64,000 nt of DNA from Lama guanicoe. Taxonomy: Eukaryota. The DNA lies in contig MU053994.1 of assembly GCA_013239625.1 (NCBI GenBank), positions 1,367,775 to 1,431,774 on the forward strand, read 5' to 3'. The notes under the pieces were generated by a model that was given only the letters and a program-made list of their open reading frames with translations, was not told the DNA's origin and searched no databases. How positions within the stretch are numbered: the first letter of the stretch is position 1; each line of letters starts with the position of its first letter. A program made the position numbers and the translations under genes. Of this stretch, positions 13,119 to 25,734 are shown piece after piece.

Positions 13119-13964
13119 AGGAAAGGGAAAAAGCCTATGCCAATATAACCAAGAGTCTTCTTTTAAACCAAAATCCAGCACAAAAAATGAAGGGGCCCTG
13201 TGTACATCTCAAATGTGCCAGGCCCTGCTGAGATAAGCCTCTCACCAGTCCTTGGCACTGCATTCCAGGATCAGGAGGGTCACACATAGTCTACAGCTTG
13301 CTCAGTTATGAGTGTGTGGCATGCCACAAAGGAAGAGAATGGGGCTAGCTCAGAAATCCATCATCATCAGCAATGGGACCATGTCTGGACAGCCAGTCAG
13401 CATCCAGGCTGAGACAGCCAGGCCTGTAAAATGAGGACTCCATGATGCAAATAAATAACCATCAGGCTCCTTTGACAGAGGCACTGCTCGGCAGTCCACC
13501 TGAATGCCTGTGACTTGCTCCTGACCAGGAAGCATTAGCAGCATCCTTGTAATTCCCTTATTATAGTAACCATTCCCTAGCAGACCTCAGAAGGGATTTA
13601 GAAATGTGCCCCCTGCAACTTCCATCCTCTCCATTGTCCATGCATTCTCTTTCCTAAGCCTGTTTACTACTTCCTTCTCTCCTTTCTCCCTCCAAGGGCC
13701 CACACTGATGTCTACAATTGGCTTATTGGTATCAACACATTAATTTTTAAAAGTTTATTCTTGAAGCATGATGTGCCTATGGTTAAATCAACATGAGGTT
13801 ACACAACTACCCATAGCCAGGGCAACTAGTGGAGTAGACAGCTGACTGTGAAAAAGGGTGCTTTCTGTTTTCGGCTGCACAGCACTTCACTCCGGAATGA
13901 ACAGCCTGTAATTAACTGCCGTGTTGCCGTCTATCAAACTGTGCCAGGAGGGAAAAAAAATCTC

Positions 13965-14300
13965 TGGAGACAGCAGTGGTGGAACAGAAAACTCTAGGCT
14001 CTGTCTCTGATGATCAGAATGTGAATCTTGCTTTTGACTTACTAGATGTGGAACATTAGGCTCTGGCTACTCAAAGTGTGGTCCACGGACCAGCAGAATG
14101 GGCATCCCATGGAGAATCTCAGGATTCATCTAACACTACTGTATTTGAATCTGCATTTCAACAAGATCCCCAGGTGAAGTTGAGAAACACTGACTTGGGC
14201 AAATCACTGGGTCTCATTTTCCACATGTGAGTTAATACATGGAGAGAACTTAGAACACTTGCTCTAGAATAGAGCAAGCGCTGTCCATGTGGTGTTAATA
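13965..14300 (+). mobile_element. MIR interrupted by MER5A-like MITE (about 14063-14192)
   Basis: The MIR head (cttactagatgtgg) resumes as cttgggcaaatcactgggtctcattttccac. The insert ctactcaaagtgtggtccacggaccagcag...gttgagaaacactg is MER5A-like. Confidence 0.8.
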
Positions 14301-14319
14301 CCACGTTAATAATTAGCAT

Positions 14320-15310
14320 ATTTTTTATTTTATTTTTTAGATGAACATAATGCAAAATTGATTTTGGGTGGGAAGGACAAATATTTCTATGAATTTTAAC
14401 ATATATCAATTCATGTAATACCACTAATATCATACAGAACACTTTCATTATCCAAAAAACTCTCACATAAAATCCCTTTGGAGCTTCTCCATGCCCATAC
14501 CTTTAATCCCCGGCAACCACTGATCTGTTCTCTATCACTATAATTTCATCTTTTAGAGAATATCATCTAAATGAGATCGTGCAGTACGTTATCTTTTGAG
14601 ACTGGATTCTTTCACTCACCCTTTGAGAGTCATACAAGTTGTGTTTATCAACAGTTCACTCCTTTTTATTGCTGAATAATATACCATTGTATGAATGTAG
14701 CACAGTTAACCATTTACTTAAATTTTTTTCAGCTTTGTTGAGGGTACCATTAACAAATAAAACTGTAGTATATTTAAAGCATACAATGTGATGATCTGAT
14801 ATATGTGCACATTATTAAAACATTCCTACCATTGAGATAATTAACACATCTCCTCACATATTTATTTATCTTTCTTTTCTTTTTTGGTGAGAACTCTTTT
14901 AGCAAATTTCAATTATACAATACAGTGTTATCAACTGTAGTCATCATGTTATACATTAGATCCTCAGATTCTATTCATCTTGTAACTGAAAGTTTGTACC
15001 CTTTTACTAACCTATTTCCCTCACCCCACCAGCCCCTAGCATCCACTTTTCTGCTCTCTGTTTCTATGAGTTTAACTTTTTTTTTTTTAGATTCCACATA
15101 TAAGTGATATTATGCAGTATTTGTCTTTTCCGTCTGGCTTATTTCATGTAGCATAAAGCTCTCCAGGTTCATCCATGCCACAAATGGCAGGATTTCCTTC
15201 TTTTTTAAACCTGAATAGTATCCTCCTGGATATATGAACACTATTTTCTTCATCAGTTCATCTGTTCATGGATACTTAGGTTGTCTCCATACCTTGACTA
15301 TTGTGCATAT
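14320..15310 (-). mobile_element. Two stacked old L1 3' ends (L1MB/MC-like about 14320-14720; L1MA-like about 14722-15310)
   Basis: Antisense L1 3'UTR motifs (ggcaaccactgatctgttctctatcactata; cagctttgttgagg...; gtctggcttatttcatgtagcataa). Confidence 0.85.
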
Positions 15311-15316
15311 ATTGGT

Positions 15317-15386
15317 CCTAAACAAGCAATTCTCCAAGGAAGAGATACAAATGATCAATAGGCATATGAAAAAATGCTCAATATCA
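15317..15386 (+). mobile_element. 70-bp internal fragment of young L1 ORF2
   Basis: 67/70 identical to 12179-12248 by direct comparison. Confidence 0.9.
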
Positions 15387-15497
15387 TTATTTACTTTTAA
15401 AAATGAAATATAACTTACATACAATAAAATAAATGAACCTCAAGTTTGATGGACTTTTTTTTTCCATGTATATAACCTTTCCATATATAAAACCTGC

Positions 15498-15990
15498 TTT
15501 TTAAAAATTTGAAGTATAGTCAGTTTAGAATGTTGTGTTAATTTCTGGTGTACAGCATAGTGATTCAGTTATACATATATATGTGTGTGTGTGTGTATAC
15601 ATATATATTCTTTTTCATATTCTTTTTCAATATAAGGTATTACAAGATATTGAATATAGTTCCCTATGCTATACAGTAGGACCTTGTTGTTTATCTATTT
15701 TGTATATAGTAGTTAGTATATGTAAATTCTAAACTTCCAGTTTGTCCCTCCCCACCTCCTTTCCCCTTGGTAAGCATAAGTTTGTTTTCTAAGTCTGTGA
15801 GTCTATTTTTGTTTTGTAAATAAGCTCATCTGTGTCATTTTTTTAGATTACACATGTAAGTGTTATCATATAGTATTTTTCTTTCTCTTTCTGGCTTGCT
15901 TCACTTAGTATGATCATCTCTAGGTCCATCCATGTTGCTGCAAATGGCATTATTTTATTCATTTTTATGACTGAGTAATATTTCATTGTA
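15498..15990 (-). mobile_element. Camelid/artiodactyl-type L1 3' end
   Basis: gaagtatagtcagtttagaatgttgtgttaatttctggtgtacagcatagtgattcag...tctaggtccatccatgttgctgcaaatggc. Confidence 0.9.
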
Positions 15991-16269
15991 TTGCCATAGG
16001 TTTTTGAAACTCCTTATCTACCCCTGTAGACAGAATGTCTTCAATACTCACAGCACAGTGGATACACTAATGGGAATCACCTTCATGATAATGGATCCAA
16101 TTTCACTAGCTCTTATCCCATCACTAACAGAGGGCTCCTCTACAAGTGGTCCTTCAGGAGATGTTCTTTATGTGCCCATGAAGGAGTCTTTCTTACTGCA
16201 TCAGCTACCTATTTCCACAATATTTCTGCATACCATATTAACTCAAAAACATCCATGGCATTCAACTAT

Positions 16270-16627
16270 AATATTTATTGTTCATGCAACTCGGGGGTAT
16301 GATGAGTACTGGCTGATCTAGGCTGGGATTCTCACACTTCTTGGCTAGAGATTGGCTAATCTAAGCTGGGTCCAGTTGGGATGACTCAGCCATGCTCCAT
16401 GTGAGGGCAATGGATGTCCCAGGCATGTTTTTTCTCATGAAAATGGCAAAAGGATGAAAAAGGAGACTTGAAGCTGGCACATCATCATTTCTGCCTCATT
16501 CTATTGGATAAAGCAATAACATGGCTGAACTCAGAATCGAGGAGAAGTAAGCTCTGCCTCTTGATGGCAAAAGGTGCAGATGCAAAGAATGATGAAGCAT
16601 TGTGGTCATTAATGCCGTGTACCACAC
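16270..16627 (-). mobile_element. MaLR LTR (MLT1H/I-type)
   Basis: ggctgatctaggctggg...gaagctggcacatcatcatttctgcctcattctattggataaagc. Confidence 0.65.
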
Positions 16628-17864
16628 TTGCCAAGAGATGCTGCTTTCACTCTTTCATCAGAATCTCCCTCCACTGCTCTACACCATGGTCAGGCCCATT
16701 GTGGAGGCACCAGACTCACAGAAGGGCCCAAGATATGGGGGAGGAAAGGAGAATGTAGTGCTCTCTCTTCTTTGTTACAATTTAAGAGATGGATGTTTGT
16801 AACCCTGAGTCTTTCAGAAACCTTAATAAAGTTGTTTTTACATATGGTCCTCTTCTCCCTAGGAACAGTATTACCCTTGGAGTTGGGATGGGGATAAATT
16901 TAAGTGGGAGCCATTAGGTATACTCAGAATCACTGATTTCCTCCAAAAATATCATCAAACTGGAGCCTGTCTTCTTTTCTTCCCAAGATGACCTCAGGGA
17001 ATACCAGTGAGGTTGTACCAAATATCCTTGTTTCATTAAAAGAACTCTAGTTATTTCAGCATGACTCAGGCTTAAAATATATAAATAGACTTCTTATAAT
17101 GACTGTTCAATTAATGACTTATTGTCATAACAGCAATTTCTTAATATCACTTTTAGAGCAATGGTTTCTTTTTTTATTGTTGTTCTATTTAACTTATTTT
17201 ATTTTGGTGTAATAATTTTCTCAGCCCAAACACACTAAATAAATATACTATAAGAAGTGATATGTTGACATTACAATTCCAGGGAAAGACACATTTGGCA
17301 AGTTGATTGACATGTAAGTTTTTAGTCTGAGTATATCATATGGAACAAACTTGTCTTGCCTTACATATGCAGACCTGGCAGGAAGGGTGAAGAGGTAGCA
17401 TCTTCTGCAACTGTTCTCTGTGGTTCATGTGTGCTACTTCCATGCTCCCAAAGCACTCTTTTGCTCTATCTTTACTTTGTCCTAGAGGTGTTTTTCTACA
17501 TTATAATGTTGTTTTTATGGCACTTTGAATGTAAGATAACCGTGAGCCCAAATAAGATGAAAAATTGATGAAGAAAATGGTAGACATAAAAAGGATACAG
17601 CTTACAAAGAATGCTCCCTTGCACCCTTCCTCCATCATCCACCACTACTATCAAATCTTCTCTTCTCCCTTTGACAAGAACACTAAACCTTCATGACATG
17701 ATATTTTATGTACAAACTGGATTTATTTACTTTCAAGTTGTTTGTTATTTACTGAAACTTGTTTTATTCTTTAATTGATATTGTCTCTCTGTGGGTATTT
17801 CTTCTGTATATTAGGTTGAGATGGAACACAGCATAATTTTCCACATTAAAATAAATGTAATTTC

Positions 17865-20800
17865 TGGCATGGAAATTCCAGACAAAATGGAATAAACACA
17901 ATTCACCTTCTTTCTAAAAACCCTGGAAAAACTATATGAAGCAAATATCAGAAGTCACTGAAAATTAGAGAAAAAAATGTGGTCTGTCTAGGAACCTTGG
18001 ATTTGAAGAACAACCACTTTGTTTCCTCTATATCCTGGCCTGGGTACCATAGAAGCTCGTAATCCAGAACCACCAAGCACAGAATGGTCAAATCAAAACA
18101 AAATCATAAATCAGGATAAGCTTTCTTTCTCTACACAAGGACTGGGAGAGTGGAAACCCTTGCAGAACAAAACCCTTTTGACACGTGGGCCCTATATCAC
18201 CTGAACACCACAAAAACATGCGTCCTCTCCAACCCAGCTGTATATGACAGCCAACAGCAGGACTGTGTGAGCAGAGCCTGGACTACCATCCCAGTCTGGC
18301 AGTAATAAGGCAGCAACCCTTTGCCTCCTGGTAGGTAGGCATCAACAGAGCCTGTGTGTGAGCAGAACCGTGGCCACCATTCCAGCCCAGTGGTGATGAG
18401 GCAGGTCCCTCTATCAGTAGGTGGGAGGGAATGTTTTAGCAAAGCCCTCAAAACCATCTTGGCTCAGCAATTATGAGGCAGTGTCCCTTCTCCTCCTGAC
18501 TAGTGGAAATCTGCGGAGGCTATGTTTGTGAACAGAGCTCTGACTACCATCGTGGCCAGGCAGCAATGAGTAACAAGAAGCAAGTGGGAACCACAGTCTT
18601 ACAGCAGAATATGAAAATTTTTCGGAATACTACTGAAAATTACTCACCATACCAGGAACCAGAAAAAAACACCTCAACTGGAATAAGAGAGGATCAGCAG
18701 ATGCCAACAGCAAAATGACACAGATGTTGGAATTATCTGACAGGGCTTTTAACATAACCATCATAAAAATGCTACAACAAATAATTATAAATATCCTGAA
18801 ACAAATGAAAAAAAAAAAACGACACAGAAAAACTGAGTGGAAATTCTAGAACTAAAAGAAAATTGAAAATTATGTTTTAAAAAGCTCACTGGAAGAGCTC
18901 AATAGCACATGGGAGTTGATTGCGGAAAGAATTGGTGAAATTACAGCTAGTTCAACAGAAATTACTCAGTCTGAACAATAGAGGAAATAGAATGAAAAGA
19001 TAAAATAGAGCCTCAGGGACCTGTGGCACAGTCACAAAAATATCTAATGTTCATGTCATTAGAGTCCCCAAAAGAGACAAGAAAGAATGTGGAATTAAAA
19101 AATATATATATATATATATTTAAAGAAATAAGAGTTAAAAACACCCCAAATTTGGCAGAGGGCATAAAGGTTTTGGAAGCTAAAGACAAAGAAAGAATCT
19201 TCAAAGCACCCAGAGAGAAATGACACATTACCTACAGGGAAAAGCAATTTGAATGACAACAGATTTCTCCTCAGAAATCATAGAGATCTCAAGAAAGTGG
19301 CATAAGATCTTTCCAGTACTGAAAAGAAAGAAGTCAACCCCAGATTTTATATCCAGAGAAAACAGGCTTCCAGAATGAAGGTGAAATAAAAGACATTCTC
19401 AGATATGGGAAAGCTAAGATAATTTGTTGTCAGCAGAACTGCCTTAAAAGAATTGCCAAAGGGAGTTTTTCAGCAGAAAGGAAATGATAACAGGAGGAAA
19501 CTTAGACCATCAAAGTAAAGAAAGAACAGCAGACTCGGTAAATTTAATAGACTATCCTTTTCTACTTGAGTCTTTGAAATCATGTTAGAAGGTTAAAAGC
19601 AAACTGACAACACTGTCTTATGTTTTTCTCTATAGAAGAAATATTTAAGACAACTAAATTATAAAGATGATAAAGTGAAAAAATGGGTAAGCGTCCCTCA
19701 TTTAACTTGATGTGGTAAAATATTAATACTAATAGACTATGATTAGTTACATATTTACATGGTAATTCCTTTAGCAACCACTAAAAAAAAAAACTCTCCA
19801 AAGAGATATACTCAAACCTTATAAATAAAGCAAAATACAATGCTGAAAAACATTTAAAGAACCCAGGAAAAGAGAAACAAAGAAACAAAAACCAAATAAA
19901 ACAAACAGAAAACAAATAATAAAATGTCAGAAATAAGTCCTAACACATCAATAATTATGTTAAATGTAAATAAATACATCAACTAAAAGATAGTGATTGA
20001 GAGAGTGGCCAAAAAGTTGACCCAACTAGATGCTGCCTACAGGAAATTCATTTCAAGTAGACTGATATATGTAGGTTAAAAATAAATACACGACAAAAGA
20101 TATACAAATGCAAATGCTAATCAAAACAAAGCTGGCTATACTAATACTAATATTAGTATATATTATACTAATATCAGATAAAGTAGACTTAAGAGCAAAG
20201 AAAATTACCAGGGACAAAGATTGATATCCATAATGATAAAAGGATCAATCCACCAAGACGATATAACAATTCTAAGTGTATTGTGAAATATTGATGCTAC
20301 AATATGCATGAAAAAAATTTACAGAATTTAAGGGAGAAATAGACAAATCTACAGTTATACTTTGGGTTTCCATAGCGTAGTGATCATCACGCTCGCCTGA
20401 CACAGTTATACTTTGGAATCTCAATACCCCTCTCTCAATAACTGATGGAACCACTACACAGAACATTAACAAAGATGTAGAAGAACTGAAAAACACTATT
20501 AGTCACAGGATCTAATTGACATTTATGGAACACTTCACCCAACAACAGTAGAATTCACATTTTTTTCAAGCATACATGGAACAGTCACAAAGATGGACCA
20601 TATCCTGAGTCAGAAAACAAACCTCAATATATAGAAAAGAATTAAAATCATATTGAATATCATCTCTGATCATAATTGAATCAAGCTAAAAATCAATAGA
20701 AAGACAACTGGTAAATCTCCAAACATTTGGAATTTAAACAACATGCATGGGTTAAACAAATCATGGGTCAAAGAGGAAGTTTTAAGGAAAATCAAAACCT

Positions 20801-20918
20801 ACATGGAACTTAATGAAAATGAGAATACAGCATATCAAAACTTGTGGAATGCAGCTAGATCAGTACACAGAAAGAAATTTATAGCATTAAATGCTTATAC
20901 TGAGAAGAATAAAGGTCT
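17865..20918 (+). mobile_element. Old L1M element: 5'UTR, ORF1 and ORF2 endonuclease region (decayed)
   Basis: ORF1-like KDKERIFKAPREK (ORF 19023-19223), EN-domain motifs (gataaagtagacttaagagcaaag, caccaagacgatataacaattctaag, ggaccatatcctgagtc) and ORF2-like ELNENENTAYQNLWNAA (ORF 20743-20967). Confidence 0.92.
20366..20401 (+). pseudogene. Tailless 5'-half tRNA-Val retropseudogene inserted in L1 ORF2
   Basis: GTTTCCATAGCGTAGTGATCATCACGCTCGCCTGAC aligns ungapped (30/36) to nt 1-36 of mammalian tRNA-Val(AAC/CAC) as recalled. It is flanked by an exact 15-bp TSD acagttatactttgg (20351-20365 and 20402-20416). Confidence 0.9.
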
Positions 20919-20919
20919 C

Positions 20920-21030
20920 ATTGAGTCATTCTTGTGCTTTGAATCTCTGACTTCTGGTTCCAACTAGAGAAAACTCTACTTTTACAGGGCTCGTATGATT
21001 AGGTCAGATCCACTGAAGATAATCTTTCTT
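20920..21030 (-). mobile_element. MaLR (MLT1) LTR fragment
   Basis: aatctctgacttc...agagaaaactctacttttacagggctcgtatgattaggtcag...gataatct. Confidence 0.5.
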
Positions 21031-21952
21031 CTTATTTTTTATTGTGATTAAAAAAACACATAAAATTTATCCTTGTAACCATTTTTAAGTGTACAGTTGA
21101 GTAGTGTTAACAAATGAACTTTGTTGAGCAATAGATCTCGAAAGCTTTTTCATCTTGCAAAACTGAAACTCTATATCTGTTGAACAAAATTCTCCTTTTT
21201 CTCCTCCTCCCAGCCCCTGGAAACCATTATTTTATTTTTGTTCCTAAAAGTCTGACTACTTTAGATACTGCTTATAAGTGGAATCATGCAGTATTTGTCT
21301 TTTTGTGATTGGCTTATCTCACTTAGCAAAACATCCTCAAGGTTCGTTCATCCATGTTGTAGCATGTATCAAAATTTTCTTCTTTTTAAAGGCTGAATAA
21401 TATTCCATCGTATGCATCTATATCCATATAAAATTGTGAATGATATATCAATTGTGATGTACATATATACATGTAAAACAGTACTTATAAATATATATCA
21501 CAATTTTATTATCAATTCATATATCAATTAACGCTTGTTTACATATGTTGGCTATAGTGAATAATGCTGCAGTGAACATGGTTTGTACAAATATCTCTTT
21601 AAGATCCTGTGTTCAGTTATTTTTGTTATATATCTAGAAATGGAATTGCTGGATCATATGGTAATTCTATTTTTAAATTTTTGAGAAACTTCAATACTGT
21701 TTTTAATAGCAGCTGTATCATTTTAAATTCCTACCAACAGTGCACAAATATTCTCTATATCCTCACCAACACTTGCCATTTTCTGGGGGGGGGTTTTGTT
21801 TGTTTTTTTTGATTTTTTGCTTGTGGGCATCCTAATGGGTATGAGGTAATATCTCATTGTGGTTTTGATTTATATTTCCCAGATGATTAGTGATGTTGAG
21901 CATCTTTTCTTAGGCTTATTGGCCATTTGTATATCTTCTTTGGAGAAATGTG
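21030..21952 (-). mobile_element. L1MA/MB-type 3' region
   Basis: aaccatttttaagtgtacagttgagtagtgttaa...aatggaattgctggatcatatggtaattctatt...gccatttgtatatcttctttggagaaatgt. Confidence 0.9.
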
Positions 21953-21954
21953 AA

Positions 21955-22290
21955 ATGCAAGGTTCCCATGTCCATTCTCCAGGCTGCAGAGGTACTGGTG
22001 ACAGTGGGTTCAGGGGCAGTGGTTCCTTCTTGATTCTGGTTTCCCGATCCCTGGATCATAGTTTTAATGCTCTGTTCTTGAACTCAGTATTCCAGTGGTG
22101 AACTCAGAGGCCCTGCTACTTTCGTAGGTCAGTACTGTATTGTTCCACAAAACATTCATGGGGGTGCAGCTTAGAAATTACTCCTTCTGGCCTTCCAGTG
22201 ATATCATAAGTCCCAAATTCCCCACATTAAATTCCTTCTTTTGCATAATACTTACAGGGGTTTCTGTTTCCTGCAATGAATCACACTGTT
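21955..22290 (+). mobile_element. ERVL-type LTR 3' part (LTR41/LTR52-like)
   Basis: Ends ttccagtgatatcataag...cattaaattccttc...gtttctgtttcctgcaatgaatcacactg. Confidence 0.5.
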
Positions 22291-22379
22291 ACTTCTTTTT
22301 TTTCTTTATATATATATATACATATATATATATATTTATCTTATTTTTTCATGATATGATTTTTTTCCTTTTTTTCCCA

Positions 22380-22547
22380 TTTAAATTTTTTTTATTAATT
22401 GAAGTATAGTTGGTTTACAATGTTGTGTTAGTTTCTGGTGTACAGTATAGTGATTCAGTTATACATATATATTCTTTTTGCCATAGGTTATTCCAAGCTA
22501 TTGAATATGGTTTCCTGTGCTATACTGTAGGACCTTTTTGTTTATGT
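22380..22547 (-). mobile_element. Short camelid/artiodactyl-type L1 3' end with upstream T-rich/(TA)n tail
   Basis: taattgaagtatagttggtttacaatgttgtgttagtttctggtgtacagtatagtgattcag. Confidence 0.85.
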
Positions 22548-23554
22548 TACTTCTTCTAAGACACTTAGCAATTAAGCATACATGCTTATGCCAAAATAAA
22601 CAAGGGTCTCTGGATGTCAGCACTACCCAGACATTTCCCTACTCTGTTTTCTGACATCATAGCTATATTCTTATCCATCTGTACCCCTCCATCTTTGTTG
22701 CATCTTTAGTTAAGCAGACCTGGAGGTATGATGGGAGGACCACACAGAGAGGCAAACAGGAATCTCTCATGTGGCTAATTCCTTCTGAGCCTCCAGAAAG
22801 GAGGGCTCTAAAACAACGATCTGGACCATGACAAGTTTTATGAGTTAGAATTTGTTGCCACGTTAGGAAACAAGTACCCTCACCATCTTACATTGTTAAT
22901 TTCTTTTCCGAAGTTTTTCTGACTGCTGGTTTAGCAAAGTCTCTCTAGAACTCAACTCAAGAGGTGGGGTGGATATAGGCCAGTGCTTTGGTTTGGAGAC
23001 GCTAAGTGACTCCTGAACTGTGGTGTGAAAAACCAAGTGTTCGCTTTCTGTCTCCATCTGTGCGGTTTTCTTTTTTCTGTGTAGCTCTAGATTTCAGTAA
23101 ACAAGTGAAACTCAGAATATACATCTAAGAAGGAGACCATATCAAGGCGAGTGTTGTATTTCTATTGCCATAGAAATGGATGTAGCTAAAAGAACAACAG
23201 GAGGTGTAGATGGGCCAAGAAATCTTGTTATGAAGGGCAGGGGTCTTCATTGGTGGAAATACATCAGAGGTAAGATACTTAAGGAAGAAGTTCTTTGGCT
23301 ATTTGAAACCTAAATGCCTTTGGGTGGGTTTTTTGATCAGACCTCTTTCTTCAAACATATTTCATCTTGTGATAAATAGCTCCATAGAGATGATTCAGTG
23401 AATTAATAAAAGGAGTAAAATATCTTGTTAAGCTAGAGTTGTTATAACTCATCAAATTTGCTCTTGTCTATATTCTTTTCAAAATCTGTAGAGAAGGGAA
23501 AATTATATGGACTATACTTGGATTCTGGAAATAGTTATCAAGGGTTTTAGTTTA

Positions 23555-24680
23555 AAGAATACCTTGATAATGTGAGGAAATGGACATACTTATACACTGT
23601 TGGTGAGTGTAAATTGGCACAAGATTTGTGGAGGGCAATCTGGCAATACAGATCAACATTTTAAATGGGTACTTCTTGATCCAGAAATTCAACTTGTAGA
23701 AATTTATCTTAAGGAAAGAATCAGGCAACTGCAAAAATGATGTCCAAGGATGTTCACTGAAAGAGTCTTTATAAAATATAAAAAGTGGAAATAGCCGAAA
23801 GATCTGTTGGTGGAGGATTAGTTTAATAAAATATGATGGAGCTTTCCAGTAAAATATTATGCTGGGTCAAGGGGATTTATATATTTAACATAAAAAGCTA
23901 TCTACAATAAATTGAGTATTGATAAAAACTAGTTAGAGTTTTTTTGGTATATCTTATACATTTTTAATGATCTGTATATTTTGCTACCATTTATACTTGA
24001 CTCATGACAAATACTTAATAATATTTAGTGAATTAATTTATGTAAATCTATTTTTATGTATTTATATATGCATTTTTATACATTCTGGAAGTATATACAC
24101 CTATCTGTTAACCTATTTTTATCATTATTGGGTGGAGTGGAATCTTGAGGCCATAGTGGAGATTATTAGAAACAACTTTTACTTTCTAATCTTTTCTTCT
24201 TTTGCATTATTTAAAATTTAAAATTTAAACAGACTTGTGTTATTTTTAAATGATATTTCTATTTTGAAACAATCTGTGGTTTTCAATTTTTATAACAGAC
24301 CAAGCCACCCAGGATATACTAGAATTCCTACAAATCAAATAGAAAAGGAAAACACCCCAACAGAAGAATGGGCAAATGGTACAAAGAGGTTATTCACAGA
24401 ATAGGAAAACTGAAAGGACAACAAACATATGTCAAAGTGTCAAAGTCACATAATGGGGTACCACTTCCTGGCCACTAGACTGGCAAAACTTTTAAGTCTG
24501 ACAATGTCACCGACTTTCAAGAATGTATGGGACTGTCAGTCACTCCTGGTGGAACCATGAATGAGTTCAAGCACTTTGTAGAGCACCTGGTAAAATGGAA
24601 ACTATCCGTGTTCTAGGAGCCCAAAATTGCACTAAGTATAAACCTTACAAAAAATATCTCCTCTCTGCAGAAAGAGAGGT
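23555..24680 (+). mobile_element. L1ME-type 3' fragments (about 23555-24230 and about 24300-24680)
   Basis: acactgttggtgagtgtaaattggcacaagatttgtggagggcaatctggcaata; aacagaagaatgggcaaatgg...ccactagactggcaaaac. Confidence 0.75.
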
Positions 24681-24689
24681 GCACACATG

Positions 24690-25085
24690 TGAACTGGGGT
24701 TAAGTCATTGTGCTCTCAGAGTGCGGTAGTAATTTGTGGAGGAAGCCAGTGAGGGAAGAGGGGAGCAGGATAAAGGAGGGACAGAAGCCAAGCAAGAACG
24801 TTTTCAGGTCAAGGCTGCAGGGGCAGCCTCAGCTGGCACAGAAGGGGAGCTCTGGGCTTTCGTTTCCTTGCACCAGTCATTGGCTAAGGGCCCCCCTGGA
24901 GGATATAAATGCCCAGGCACTCTCTGTGACTGCAGGCACAGTGGCTCCAAGAACTCATGGGGAATCTCCAAAGAATCTTCACTGTGGGTTATTAGAAGCA
25001 AAAGCCCTCAGAAGCTAGGAAGGGGCACATAGAACAGGTGATAAAAGACCCTGGAAGATCTAGATGGAGGACTGGGAGCATACAC
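24690..25085 (-). mobile_element. ERVL LTR (LTR16/LTR33-type)
   Basis: gagtgcggtagtaatttgtggaggaagccagtgagggaagaggggagcaggataaag...ccagtcattggctaagggc. Confidence 0.6.
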
Positions 25086-25734
25086 TGTAGGTGCAAAAAC
25101 ATGCTGGAGCCATATGTGAAAAATTCCTGACTTTCAGTGAGAGGTAGGGAAGAGAATGGGACCTTATCTATCTCTGATGTTTTATTTTATTTAAAAATGA
25201 CTACAATATAACAAACATGAATAGCCAATTCCAGGTGGTGGAAAGATAGGTGAAACCAGGGCCCTTGTATGTACCTACACTTGGGCATCAAACACACCCA
25301 AGCGTGGCTGGTGAAGAGGCGAGGGGGAATCCCCAAACTTGATTTGCAGTAGGAACTAGGGAGCTTCCTGCGTGTGAAATCCACCCGGGCCTCAAATCTT
25401 GCTGCTGACACAGAACCTGGCACATAGCAGGTGCTAAATAAATAGCTAATGACTAATGCAGCTTTGGAACTCCTTAAATGATAAAGAACTCTCCCCCTAG
25501 CTTTACTACAGACCACATCCTAACTTTGGCACTTTAAGGATTTTACATGTTGGTGGCAACACCCGACAAAGATTTCAGAGTTTGAGAGGAGCAGACATGT
25601 TCCATACACACCTGGGAGATACCCCCTGTGCACTTCCAGAAAGCCCTAGGGTGCGGAGGCAGCTAAGGATGGTAATTTGTTAGTGGCTGAGTGGTTCCTC
25701 AGAAGCAGGAGTGGGTTAAAATTTAGTTCTTTGC

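Noticed and set aside
18265..18575. CRISPR-like repeat/spacer array
   Set aside because: Eukaryotic context, degenerate units inside an L1 5' region and no cas genes.
20366..20401. Functional tRNA gene
   Set aside because: Only the 5' half is present; there is no T-arm/B-box, acceptor 3' strand or terminator.
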